A stretch of DNA of 64,000 nucleotides, taken from IMG/VR virus record IMGVR_UViG_3300025769_000090, positions 1-64,000 of that record. One strand, written 5' to 3'. Below the pieces are notes generated by a model. That model was not told where the DNA came from and did no database searches. It saw nothing but the letters and a program-made list of their open reading frames with translations. Each line of letters opens with the position of its first letter. Position 1 is the first letter of the stretch. Origin of the DNA: a virus. The translations under genes were made by a program, and so were the position numbers. Positions 19,090 to 29,470 of this stretch are shown piece by piece.

Positions 19090-19970
19090 TGGCATACAGC
19101 AGCTACAGTGGCAATAATTCGCCTGCAAATAGCAAAGTTACTATAGATTCTGATGAAGATCAGGGTTTACCCATAGATAATTTTGATAAGGAAGAAACCC
19201 AATTTGATACCCAAGGTGATATAGTATCTATAAGTTCTACTATCATTACTGATACCCCCCGTGAAAGAAATAGTAGCGGTGAAATTAAGTTTCGCCGTGA
19301 AATATATAGTCCAGCAGCGTTTAAACAACAGGTAGATACTAGTTTTAGTGAATTAAATAATACTAGTGAAATAGATGTTTCTACATTTTTCAGACAATAC
19401 AGTAGATTATTTTACGATATTCCTAGACAAGGTGATGATTCCCATGAAACCCTTATAAGGGAAAGCAGTGCATTTTTTACCAATTATGAAGATGCTAGAG
19501 ATGCTCAAATAGATGTTTTAGAAGCCCAAATAAGCGATCTTACCCAACAGCTAGCCCTCTTAAATGCAGAAAATCTTGGATTACAAAATGCTAATGATGT
19601 TACTACTATAACATATGGCTCCGATTTAGACGATGTAATTCTTACTTGGAATGCACCCCTTGCACAAAATGGTTTAGAAGCACGAATCGGACAATTATCA
19701 AGAAACTCCAACCAAGTGGAAAACCTTACAGGCACGCCTTTAGAGACCAATGTAAACTTTAATAATGAACGTCCTGAATTAATACGTGATGCTAGACAAG
19801 CATTTGAAAAAGGAGGTTCACAGGGTATTAGAGCTAATGAAAATCAAAGAAAATTAAGTGAGTGGAAAGCTGACTTTGAACGCAGATCAAGCGGGCGTAG
19901 AAAAAGAGACCTAAACAACATTCTAAATGCTATCTACCAACTTATATTAAAAGACATAAACGAAGGATAA
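19089..19970 (+). CDS. Hypothetical structural protein with coiled coil
   Basis: TAATG-coupled on both sides; coiled coil IDVLEAQISDLTQQL. Confidence 0.6.
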   Translation: MAYSSYSGNNSPANSKVTIDSDEDQGLPIDNFDKEETQFDTQGDIVSISSTIITDTPRERNSSGEIKFRREIYSPAAFKQQVDTSFSELNNTSEIDVSTFFRQYSRLFYDIPRQGDDSHETLIRESSAFFTNYEDARDAQIDVLEAQISDLTQQLALLNAENLGLQNANDVTTITYGSDLDDVILTWNAPLAQNGLEARIGQLSRNSNQVENLTGTPLETNVNFNNERPELIRDARQAFEKGGSQGIRANENQRKLSEWKADFERRSSGRRKRDLNNILNAIYQLILKDINEG

Positions 19971-22900
19971 TGCTATTAGATTTAACAACCATAGAAAATA
20001 TAAGCCAAGCAGATCTGACAGGGTTACCTTCTAAAACTTTACTCAGAAGGTTTGGACAGGATAATGATTCAATAGAATTAACTATATATGATATTAATAA
20101 CAATATTATAATCAGGGATGAACAATTTACAGATTATATTCCTTATATAAATCCACAAGATAGTTTAATTGATTCTATTGATATTGATTATGTTCAAGTT
20201 CTAAATGATTATGGGCTAGAAAATGGACAATATAAATTAGTTTTTTCTTTCCAAAGAAAACTTTTAACTAGTGGTTTTGATAGACCATTTATAATCAAGG
20301 AAATTTCCCCCTCTAGAACTGAGATTAGATTTAAATCTAATAACTTAGATTCTGAATCATTTTCAGCTGTTTTAGAAAATCTTTTAGCAAACTTTACAAA
20401 TAATTCATTTGTAAAAGATATTAATTTAAGCTTCCCTGATGGTGTTACAAGCTTAGCAGTTAATGCCCAAAGAGATGTAGATTCTGGATTAATAAAATTA
20501 TATGATCCTCTTTTACCTAGTATTGCATTAAATACTCCTTTTAGAATATATGAGGAGGTAATAAATGCTTTAGAAGCTACTGTTGACTTAGGGACATCTA
20601 AAACTGAAAGTGGAGGAGTTGAACTAAGAGCCCCTAATTTTGATGTAGAATTTAACCAACACTATAGCACTCCCACAGAATTTAGAACATATGATGAGCT
20701 ATTAAATAATGGGGCTGTTACTTCTAGTTTTAATAACCTTCAAAATTACCTTAGTGGGAGCATTTCTGTTGATTTAGAATTTGATAATCCTAACACATCA
20801 ACAGGTTTTCACTTTGAAAACTTTATCCATTTTAGTTCCGCAACTGAGCGATTAAAAAACTTTAAATATAAGTTAGAACTACTAGAATCATACTCTAGTT
20901 CACTAGCTACCCTTGAAAACATCACTGGTGATGCTTCTTCTTCTAAACCCACTTTAGATAATATTAAAATATTTAATAATAAAACCGATAAAGTTATCCA
21001 AGGGTTTGATTATTACGAACGATTCTTATATTTTGAAAACAACCTATATGCTTGGCCTAAAACAACTACGGGGAGGTATCCACATATAAATGCTAAAGTT
21101 AATTCAGCAGCTGCTCAATCTTGGCTAGGTGCCGGAGTAGAAGATTCTACTAATCAGTATTATGGAGGGCAGTTACTAAGTGCTAGTAAATTTGATGAAA
21201 TTAACCCCCATAATTTAGCTACCACTATCCCACCAGATATAAGAGCCAATTCTGAAAATGAAGCCTATGTTCTATTTACCCAAATGGTGGGCCAACATTT
21301 TGATGGAATTTGGGCTTATATTGACAGTATACCAGATAAAAACCAAGCATATAGTGGATTAAATGATGGCATTTCTAAAGAATTTGTATTTGAAGCATTA
21401 AGAGAAAGAGGAATTAGAGCCTACAGTCAATTTGAAGATTCTTCAATATATGAATATTTCTTAGGTGACGATGGTACTGGTACTTTCCAATATGAAGCTA
21501 CTGATGGTTCAACTATGGTATCAGCTTCTAACGATGGGTCAATTCCCAAAGGTGACATATCAAAAGAAATTTGGAAACGTTTATATCATAATACCCCTTA
21601 CCTTTTAAAAACTAAAGGCACTGAGCGTGGATTAAAAGCACTAATTGCATGTTATGGTATCCCAGAAACAGTATTACATGTTAAGGAATATGGTGGTCCA
21701 TTAGTAGATAAAACAGGATTTAGAACATTTAGCTACCAGAAAGAAAGCCGAATGTTATCCCCTGCTGATGATGATTATGTTATTAGTGATACATTAATTA
21801 GTCGCCAGACAAGTCAAACACTACAAACTAGATTTTTACCTACTAAAGGATCAACCACAGCATTTGACATTATGTCATTTGCAGGTAATTCTGGTAATAC
21901 TAATGATATAGTAATTGGTATTTCACAGAGCTTAAATAATACTAAATTAGACTCGGGTTCATTTGCTCACTTAGTTATCGCCTCTGGTTCATTAGCTGAT
22001 CCATCGGCAGGTAGAATTAAAGCCATTTCTAGTAGTTTATTAGGACCAATTTTTAATGGTGAAGTGTGGAATTTATCTGTTATATTAAATAGTGGTTCTG
22101 ATAGAGGTAATACAATAGAAGCTTTTGCAACCAATACTACTTTTAATAAAAACACATATATTTTATCTTGTAGTTTAGATACACCCGAATTCTTCGCATC
22201 AGGTGCAGGTTACCCTTTTTATATTACTACTGTAGGCTCTACTAAACCTATAGGGGATAATAGCCAAAATGGAACTTTATTAGCACCCTTTAGTGGTAGT
22301 ATCCAAGAATTTAGGTCATGGGATGAAAAATTAACTAAAGATACAATAGTTACTCAATCCTTATCTCCCTTTAACTATAATGGTAATACTATAAGTTCAA
22401 GTTTTGAAGCTTTAAGAACTAGGTTATCATTGGGATCTTGCAATAGAGATTTAAGCCTACTTACAGGTAGTAAAAACCAAGCCCCAAATAAAACATTTAC
22501 AGATATTTCTAATAACCTTGCGCAAGTCCCGTCCACAGTAACCCTAACTACGATTGAAGAAACCCACCACCTAACTACACCAGATACTGTAGGTTCAGGA
22601 ATGGTTTCAGATAAAATTAGAATTGATAACGGTACATTTAACGATAATTTCTTAGACCCATTTATTTCTACTGAAACATCACCTCAAGACAGACAACCAC
22701 TTGATTATTCAGATGTAGGTGTATTTTTCTCACCAACTTTTGAAGTTAACGAAGATATAATTTACACATTAGGTGGATTTAGATTAGACGACTACATTGG
22801 AGACCCAACACATTATACCTCAGGTAGCTATCCTGATTTGAAAGACATTAGAGACGTTTATACTCAAAAATTAGATAAAAAATTAGGTATAGGTGATTAT

Positions 22901-23227
22901 ATAAGAACAATCCAATTCTTTGATCATTCATTATTTAAAATGATTAAAGATTTTGTCCCAGCAAGCGCTAACCTTAAAACAGGAGTGGTTATTGAGCCAC
23001 ACTACTTGGAGAGGATGAAAATTGCTGGTACAAACGTTGATTACGAACAACTTACAGAACACTTAGTTGCTCCTACAGGAATGACAGGTTCATTAAGTTC
23101 TACAAGTGAAAATGTTCACGATGTACTTATTGATGTAGATAACTTTATTCTTAAAGATGTTCAATCAAGTGCTGTTGAAAACGTAGCACAAACCGGAAGA
23201 AAAAGTAGAATTTTTAGTTTAGCATAA
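19970..23227 (+). CDS. Large baseplate protein with LamG-like domain
   Basis: LLKTKGTERGLKALIACYG baseplate-type motif; FSGSIQEFRSWDEKL LamG-like end. Confidence 0.6.
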   Translation: MLLDLTTIENISQADLTGLPSKTLLRRFGQDNDSIELTIYDINNNIIIRDEQFTDYIPYINPQDSLIDSIDIDYVQVLNDYGLENGQYKLVFSFQRKLLTSGFDRPFIIKEISPSRTEIRFKSNNLDSESFSAVLENLLANFTNNSFVKDINLSFPDGVTSLAVNAQRDVDSGLIKLYDPLLPSIALNTPFRIYEEVINALEATVDLGTSKTESGGVELRAPNFDVEFNQHYSTPTEFRTYDELLNNGAVTSSFNNLQNYLSGSISVDLEFDNPNTSTGFHFENFIHFSSATERLKNFKYKLELLESYSSSLATLENITGDASSSKPTLDNIKIFNNKTDKVIQGFDYYERFLYFENNLYAWPKTTTGRYPHINAKVNSAAAQSWLGAGVEDSTNQYYGGQLLSASKFDEINPHNLATTIPPDIRANSENEAYVLFTQMVGQHFDGIWAYIDSIPDKNQAYSGLNDGISKEFVFEALRERGIRAYSQFEDSSIYEYFLGDDGTGTFQYEATDGSTMVSASNDGSIPKGDISKEIWKRLYHNTPYLLKTKGTERGLKALIACYGIPETVLHVKEYGGPLVDKTGFRTFSYQKESRMLSPADDDYVISDTLISRQTSQTLQTRFLPTKGSTTAFDIMSFAGNSGNTNDIVIGISQSLNNTKLDSGSFAHLVIASGSLADPSAGRIKAISSSLLGPIFNGEVWNLSVILNSGSDRGNTIEAFATNTTFNKNTYILSCSLDTPEFFASGAGYPFYITTVGSTKPIGDNSQNGTLLAPFSGSIQEFRSWDEKLTKDTIVTQSLSPFNYNGNTISSSFEALRTRLSLGSCNRDLSLLTGSKNQAPNKTFTDISNNLAQVPSTVTLTTIEETHHLTTPDTVGSGMVSDKIRIDNGTFNDNFLDPFISTETSPQDRQPLDYSDVGVFFSPTFEVNEDIIYTLGGFRLDDYIGDPTHYTSGSYPDLKDIRDVYTQKLDKKLGIGDYIRTIQFFDHSLFKMIKDFVPASANLKTGVVIEPHYLERMKIAGTNVDYEQLTEHLVAPTGMTGSLSSTSENVHDVLIDVDNFILKDVQSSAVENVAQTGRKSRIFSLA

Positions 23228-24513
23228 TGGCAAATAATCCTATATCACAATCAAATCAAGTTGAATTCAACGATTCAGTTTTAACAACTAAGGCTTGGAA
23301 TTCATCTCGTTACGACGGTAGACAATTATCAGCAGCTAAAATTAATAGATTTACTGTTGGAGATTCTACTTACGGTAAAACACCAGTTATCCAAAATTAT
23401 AGTAGAAATATTTATATAGGGAACGATATAGTAGGTATGAGTTCAATTACTGGTGAGGCTGAAGATAATTCACTCCTTCAATTTGATAATTTTTCTTATG
23501 CGCAAACTAACACCTACATTACTGTAAATGAAGATGATAGCATTACCTTTAATACATTAAATGAACCAATCGAAGACGATTATAGTGAAATAATAGGTTT
23601 TTACCAAGCATTTTATGATGATTTTAAACAAGGTACCTACTGTAAAATCATTATAAATGATTTAAGCCAAAAAAATAATCTTAGACCATCATATCCTATA
23701 TGGTTTAATGGGGGACAATTCCAAAAACTACTCAAATTAACCCCAGGTAATAGCTCCCATTTAAAATTCACGAAAACGAATAATGCCCTTGATTATGATC
23801 ATGGCCCAAATGAGACTACAGGATTTTTAAGTACTATGTATGATGAAACTTTACTAAATGAGTTCTATACAGGATCATTAGTAGGTGAAATTTCTTTCCA
23901 ACCCCCAAGAGATGGTGATGATGGTGTTTTCCCCATTTCCTCAGAAACAGGTATATTAGCAGAAAATATAGGAAATTTAATTGATTCAGCTATAAGTTAT
24001 AAAAATAATTCAAGTTATAAAGGTGATAAAAGATTTTTTGCGTCATTTCTTATTTCGGGTAGTGAGGCTCCTATAAGAACCATAACAACAGGTAGTGTTG
24101 TTTCTATGCAGCAAACCTTTAGATCAAACAACCTAGCAGAGCTATCTACGGCTGAATTTCAGTCACACAGCATAAGCACCCATGTAATCAATTTTACAGA
24201 AAACACTAAACTTCACCAAGATTATATTTCAATTAACCAAACTAGTGATCCTATGACTCCTCCTCTTCATGGATCAGGAAGTGTTATATTTTCTCAAGTA
24301 AACGATACTACCCCTTCATTATTAATAGAACTTAATAAATCCAGTGAATTACCTGAGGGAACAGGTAATAAACCTTTTATTATATTACCTCATAATATAC
24401 ATCCTTTTATTAAAGATAACCTTTTATACTTCCTCACCCAGGCTGGTATTGATGTAGGAGGAAACACATCTACTGTACTAAAAATTAACCCTAGCAACAG
24501 ACTCCTTAAATAA
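23227..24513 (+). CDS. Hypothetical virion structural protein
   Basis: Coupled in the baseplate operon; Ser/Thr-rich. Confidence 0.6.
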   Translation: MANNPISQSNQVEFNDSVLTTKAWNSSRYDGRQLSAAKINRFTVGDSTYGKTPVIQNYSRNIYIGNDIVGMSSITGEAEDNSLLQFDNFSYAQTNTYITVNEDDSITFNTLNEPIEDDYSEIIGFYQAFYDDFKQGTYCKIIINDLSQKNNLRPSYPIWFNGGQFQKLLKLTPGNSSHLKFTKTNNALDYDHGPNETTGFLSTMYDETLLNEFYTGSLVGEISFQPPRDGDDGVFPISSETGILAENIGNLIDSAISYKNNSSYKGDKRFFASFLISGSEAPIRTITTGSVVSMQQTFRSNNLAELSTAEFQSHSISTHVINFTENTKLHQDYISINQTSDPMTPPLHGSGSVIFSQVNDTTPSLLIELNKSSELPEGTGNKPFIILPHNIHPFIKDNLLYFLTQAGIDVGGNTSTVLKINPSNRLLK

Positions 24514-24517
24514 TATA

Positions 24518-24525
24518 TATTTATA
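24518..24525 (+). promoter_or_regulatory. Putative late promoter TATTTATA
   Basis: In a 29-nt spacer before ATG 24543. Confidence 0.55.
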
Positions 24526-24542
24526 AACAAAACCAAATTTAA

Positions 24543-25223
24543 ATGGGATATTTAGATAATTCAAGCGTTATTGTAGACGCTATATTAACCAAAAAAGGCC
24601 GCGAACTTTTATCACAACAAAACGGGTCTTTTAATATTACTCAGTTTGCTTTAGCAGACGATGAGATTGATTATACGTTATATAACGAAAATCACCCAAA
24701 TGGATCTGCTTTTTATGGTGAGGCTATTGAAGCATTGCCACTAATTGAAGCAATTCCTAATGAAAATAATACTATGGTATCTAAACTAGCTACTCTTAAT
24801 AGAGGGTCTACAATTATACCAACTATTCAAGTGCAATCTACAGCTATTTCAATTACTAGAACTGGTGGAGGAGCTAATAATACATTTACCATTACACCTA
24901 GTACTAATGGGTTAACTGATACTGTTGAATCAGGTTACTCTTTCACAGTAGCTGATAGAAGAATCCTTTTCTCAGGTACAGGTGTTGGTGGTCCTGATCC
25001 AACCACTTTTGAGGTCCCATTCACAGGAACAGCTTTATCCCAGACATTTGTGGGAACATCATTCACTGGTACTGCTTTAAAGGGCGCTACATTATTTGGT
25101 AGTAACACAGCTTTAACCACTTCTATTATAGTTGTAGGACTTGACACTGGTGCTAGAACAACCATCACCCTTACAGTAACCAAAGAATCATCAGGTGGCA
25201 CAACAGCAGCCCGCAATCTATAA
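24543..25223 (+). CDS. Baseplate/tail-collar-type structural protein
   Basis: DAILTKKGRELL...ITQFALADDEIDY resembles the N-terminus of tail-collar/fibre attachment domains. Confidence 0.55.
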   Translation: MGYLDNSSVIVDAILTKKGRELLSQQNGSFNITQFALADDEIDYTLYNENHPNGSAFYGEAIEALPLIEAIPNENNTMVSKLATLNRGSTIIPTIQVQSTAISITRTGGGANNTFTITPSTNGLTDTVESGYSFTVADRRILFSGTGVGGPDPTTFEVPFTGTALSQTFVGTSFTGTALKGATLFGSNTALTTSIIVVGLDTGARTTITLTVTKESSGGTTAARNL

Positions 25224-25238
25224 TTAATTTAAATTAAC

Positions 25239-26327
25239 ATGGCAACTTATACACAATTTGACGAAAATTTTGACGTTGTAAACGACATATCTAGAGTATT
25301 TTCTAACGCTTGGTCTGGTATTACTCCCAATAATGATTTAGGAGCTAATCATTTTTCTTCTAGCACTCAATACGTAACTGATAATCCTACAGCTAGTGGT
25401 GCGTTCTTTATGGAAGTATATAGTACAGATCCAGACGCTAATCCAACTACGGCAGAAGTACAATATTCTATAGCTTATGGCAGCAGAACGGGAAAAGGAG
25501 GATTACAATTTAATGATGGTGTAGGTGCTGAAAATTTTACTTCTACTAAAGCTATTTATAGTCAGTATAGAAACCTAGTATTTGGTGGAGATGAAACACA
25601 AAATTTTTCATTTAACGGCTACGTTCCTGATGATATTTATGTTATTAATGTAAATAGGGCTAGATATAAAAACGCCCTTAGATTAGGTAATTTGAATCTT
25701 GTTATTTCAGGTGCCACATCAAACCAGCCCCTACATCTTACAGATGATTCAGTTACAACATCTGGATCAGCAAATGCTAATAGAGCAGGTGTAGGAAGAG
25801 AATTTAATTTAGTATCAGGTTCTAATGGAATAAGATTAGGTTCAAGTAACACATATGTAACTGATAGTGGTTCATATGGATTTGTATACCCAGATGCTGG
25901 ATTTATTATTTTAAATGCGGATGCTTTAGACCATAGTGGCTCCGCAGCCGCATTTGCAGCTGGGGGTGGTGGAACTAACCTAGGTACAGTTGTTACTTCA
26001 GACAACGAAGCAAAGAATCCTATTTTGTTACAAGAAGCTTTAAAACTAGGAGGTAGCTTTATATTAGATTCTCAAGAAGATATATCTAGTAAATTTTATT
26101 TCTGCAGAGCTCGAAATTCAGAATTTAACTATTCTACTAATGACTCATTTACTGAAGCCGATGGGACTATAAAATATGATTCTATGATTGATAATCCACA
26201 AGTTTATATTACTACTGTGGGATTATACAATGATAATCAAGATTTATTAGCAGTTGCTAAATTAAGCCAACCTCTTCCGAAAGATTTTACTAAAGAAGCC
26301 CTTATTAAGGTTAAACTAGACTATTAA
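25239..26327 (+). CDS. Baseplate/tail structural protein
   Basis: C-terminal YITTVGLYNDNQDLLAVAKLSQPLPK...KVKLDY, paralogous to the C-terminus of the next gene. Confidence 0.6.
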   Translation: MATYTQFDENFDVVNDISRVFSNAWSGITPNNDLGANHFSSSTQYVTDNPTASGAFFMEVYSTDPDANPTTAEVQYSIAYGSRTGKGGLQFNDGVGAENFTSTKAIYSQYRNLVFGGDETQNFSFNGYVPDDIYVINVNRARYKNALRLGNLNLVISGATSNQPLHLTDDSVTTSGSANANRAGVGREFNLVSGSNGIRLGSSNTYVTDSGSYGFVYPDAGFIILNADALDHSGSAAAFAAGGGGTNLGTVVTSDNEAKNPILLQEALKLGGSFILDSQEDISSKFYFCRARNSEFNYSTNDSFTEADGTIKYDSMIDNPQVYITTVGLYNDNQDLLAVAKLSQPLPKDFTKEALIKVKLDY

Positions 26328-28075
26328 TGGCTGGTATATTTAAAAAATTCAGTGCGAACGACATAAAAATAACACCTTTTGAAGCCCATAAGCAGTATAA
26401 TACTACTAATTTGGCTTCAATTGGTGCTAGTACTGAGTCTTTAGCTTGGAGTGGGGCTAGTAAAAACACATTTTCTACAGGAAGCAGACTTTACTATCAA
26501 GTAGATAAGCTTTATTATAGAAATTATATTAATGAAAGGGCACATAGATTAGAAATAGATAGTGCTAATTATAAAGTTCAAGAAAGAAGATTATATCAAA
26601 GTGCTAGTTTACTTTCATTAAGCCAAAAGACATTTGGCTCTCAAATTCAGCCAGGAACATTTGAACTCTCAGGATCTAAAGGATCAACCCAATTTAATCT
26701 TAAAGATGATGGGTATGGGAATTTATATGACATAAATTTAGGAAAAGATAATTTTCCCGATGAAAAACATAGAGTATTTTACTTAGCTCCAATTAAAGGT
26801 TTTAAACGTTCTGATTTAACTTTAAATTATGAAACAGGAAATACTTATATAAATACTCCTTTTTCAGGAGGTTATTCTGGTACGATTTTAGATGATTCAT
26901 ATTTCCAAAATAAAGTTACATTTTTTAATAATGCATTTGTAAAATCAGGACAGTCTACAACTGGTTTATTTAATACTCCCTATATAACACAAAATGCTAA
27001 AACTGATTCTAGAATTACTATTAAAAATGCTCCTTATTTAAACTTTAATGAAGATGATTTTGCTATAAGTTTTTATTTCATCCCCGGATCCGATATGCCA
27101 ATAGCTTTATCTTCAACCCCACGATATATTTTAACTAAAGAAGGAGCTCAAGATTCTTTCCCCTTAGGATCAGAAGCAGGAGGAAATTATTCAACAAGCA
27201 CATCTGGAGCATTAGATATTACTACTACACCCGCAGCTAATAGATTCCCATACAGATTAACTTTATCAGGAAGTAATGTTGGGGTTCCTACTAATAATTT
27301 TGCCGCAACTGGTTCTTTAGTATTTGAAAGGTTTGATGGAGATATAAAATCTTCTGTAGCTGGGGTTGTATTTTTAAGCGCGAGTTCAAATGTAAATGTA
27401 CCCATCCATGTACTTGTTCAAAAATCTGGTGATAATTTAGTGATATATAAAAATGGAACCCAAGTTGCAACCAGTTCAGATTTAACAACAGGGACATGTC
27501 AAAATAATAGCGATATAACTATATTTAAAAAGCAAAATCCCGATGGAACATATAGTAGTATTTCTTCCTCGGCTACAGCTGAAGCAGCTTGGGCTGGGCA
27601 ATTATCAGAACAGGGAGACGGATTTGCCATTCAACAATTACAAATGTGGGATAAAGCTTTAACAGAAACAGAAATTCAAATGGTTTCAGAATCATTTACG
27701 GGCACTTATCCTGTAGGTAATTTATTTTATGATAATGGATTTACTATTATTACTCACCCTAAATATATGGATGTATTTAATGGAGGTGAGTTAAATACTT
27801 TAAAATACAAAAATACCCATTTAATTACTGAAAATGAATATCAGTGTAATGTAAAAGAGGAAGAATTCGAATTTACTACTAATAAAACAGCATTAAAAGT
27901 TTCTCCTAATAATGAAGTAGCAGATTTCACAACAGGATCAGCTTTTAAACCGTACGTAACTACAGTTGGTTTATATAATGACAATGGAGAATTATTAGTA
28001 GTAGGAAAATTAGGACAACCAATTAGAAAAAGTAGTGAAACAGAAACTACATTCGTTATAAGATTTGATACATGA
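26327..28075 (+). CDS. Baseplate/tail protein with inserted LamG (concanavalin A-like) domain
   Basis: DFAISFY...HVLVQKSG..LVIYKNG...LQMWDKALTETEI; C-term YVTTVGLYNDNGELLVVGKLGQPIRK. Confidence 0.65.
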   Translation: MAGIFKKFSANDIKITPFEAHKQYNTTNLASIGASTESLAWSGASKNTFSTGSRLYYQVDKLYYRNYINERAHRLEIDSANYKVQERRLYQSASLLSLSQKTFGSQIQPGTFELSGSKGSTQFNLKDDGYGNLYDINLGKDNFPDEKHRVFYLAPIKGFKRSDLTLNYETGNTYINTPFSGGYSGTILDDSYFQNKVTFFNNAFVKSGQSTTGLFNTPYITQNAKTDSRITIKNAPYLNFNEDDFAISFYFIPGSDMPIALSSTPRYILTKEGAQDSFPLGSEAGGNYSTSTSGALDITTTPAANRFPYRLTLSGSNVGVPTNNFAATGSLVFERFDGDIKSSVAGVVFLSASSNVNVPIHVLVQKSGDNLVIYKNGTQVATSSDLTTGTCQNNSDITIFKKQNPDGTYSSISSSATAEAAWAGQLSEQGDGFAIQQLQMWDKALTETEIQMVSESFTGTYPVGNLFYDNGFTIITHPKYMDVFNGGELNTLKYKNTHLITENEYQCNVKEEEFEFTTNKTALKVSPNNEVADFTTGSAFKPYVTTVGLYNDNGELLVVGKLGQPIRKSSETETTFVIRFDT

Positions 28076-28497
28076 TAATACCAGAAAGTTATGAACAATT
28101 CCCAGAAGGCACATATGGATACGTTTACCAAACAACCCACTTACCTACTGGAAAGAAATATATTGGCAAAAAATCGTTAATATATAATCAAAAGAAAAAA
28201 ATTGGTAAACGTGAATTAGCACTGTGGGAAGGTAAAGGAAGACCACCAGTTTACAAGCAAGTTCAAAAAGAAAGCGATTGGAAAACCTATTATGGTTCTC
28301 ATCAATTTATTAAAGATGAAATCAAAAGTGGTAATCAAGCTGATTTTAAGAGACATATCTTACAATTAGCTTATTCTAAAAAAGAATTAACTTATTTAGA
28401 AAATAAAGCATTATTTACTTTAGGTGTTTTAGAAACCGAAGATTACTTAAACGACAATATTGAAGGAAGATATTTCAAGAAAGATTTTGGCTTTTGA
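28072..28497 (+). CDS. GIY-YIG family nuclease-like protein
   Basis: YGYVYQTTHLPTGKKYIGKK...WKTYYGS...LE...YLNDNI. Confidence 0.75.
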   Translation: MIIPESYEQFPEGTYGYVYQTTHLPTGKKYIGKKSLIYNQKKKIGKRELALWEGKGRPPVYKQVQKESDWKTYYGSHQFIKDEIKSGNQADFKRHILQLAYSKKELTYLENKALFTLGVLETEDYLNDNIEGRYFKKDFGF

Positions 28498-28520
28498 CCT
28501 TTCGTTCATATATTTAAGGC

Positions 28521-29441
28521 ATGAAGGAGGATCGCCTTATTTTTTTACTCGAAAGTCTTCTAGGAAAAAGCAAAAACGCACGCGGAGGCGATGAAGCTGT
28601 ATTTAGTTGCCCAAATTGCAACCACCATAAGAAAAAATTAACATTTAACAAATACACACAAAAATTCCAATGTTGGGTGTGTGGCTTTAAGGGTGCTAGA
28701 GCAATACAACTTCTTAAATTTATTAAAGCTCCTTACAACTCTTTCCAAGAGTTAAAAGATATTGATGCTCAATATAAGTTTAAATCTACTCATGTAGAAA
28801 AACCTAAAGATCAACTTCAATTACCTGAGGGATTTACCCCACTACTTAAAGGTAGAGGGTTAATCCGAGATAAAGCATGGAGTTATCTACAATCCCGCGG
28901 AGTTACTGCACAAGACGTAGTAAAATACAACATTGGATATATTGAAGAAGGCAAATTAGCCAACTTTATAATCATACCAAGTTATGACAGACACGGATCC
29001 CTTAATTATTGGGTGGGTCGCTCGTTCGATCCGCAAGCTTACCACAAGCACAAGCTTCCGCCAACATCAAAAGATATTATTGGCTTTGACATGCTTTGTA
29101 ACTTTAATATTCCTATTATCATTTGCGAAGGTGCCTTTGACGCAATCGCAATCAAACGAAACGCCGTGCCCTTGTTTGGAAAACGAATCAGTAAATCACT
29201 CTACAAAGAACTTGTAAGAGGTAATGTAAAACAAATATACCTTGCACTTGATCAGGATGCTATAAATGATTCACTTAAATATGCTAAGGAACTTATGGCA
29301 TATGGTAAGGAAATATTTTTATTAGAACTTGAAGGTAAAGACCCAAGCGACTTAGGTTTTGACGCTATGACTCGCATATTGCAGAATGCAAAACCACTAA
29401 CTTTCCAAGGATTAGTAGAAAAGAAAATCTTGTATCAATAA
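28521..29441 (+). CDS. DNA primase (Zn finger plus TOPRIM)
   Basis: CPNCNHHK...CWVC; IIICEGAFDA; LALDQDA; KDPSD. Confidence 0.9.
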   Translation: MKEDRLIFLLESLLGKSKNARGGDEAVFSCPNCNHHKKKLTFNKYTQKFQCWVCGFKGARAIQLLKFIKAPYNSFQELKDIDAQYKFKSTHVEKPKDQLQLPEGFTPLLKGRGLIRDKAWSYLQSRGVTAQDVVKYNIGYIEEGKLANFIIIPSYDRHGSLNYWVGRSFDPQAYHKHKLPPTSKDIIGFDMLCNFNIPIIICEGAFDAIAIKRNAVPLFGKRISKSLYKELVRGNVKQIYLALDQDAINDSLKYAKELMAYGKEIFLLELEGKDPSDLGFDAMTRILQNAKPLTFQGLVEKKILYQ

Positions 29442-29470
29442 GCTATATGTATTGACAAACTGCAGTTTAT

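Noticed and set aside
28486-28516. Sixth host-type promoter before the primase
   Set aside because: TTTGG is present but the second box does not match at the 17-nt spacing
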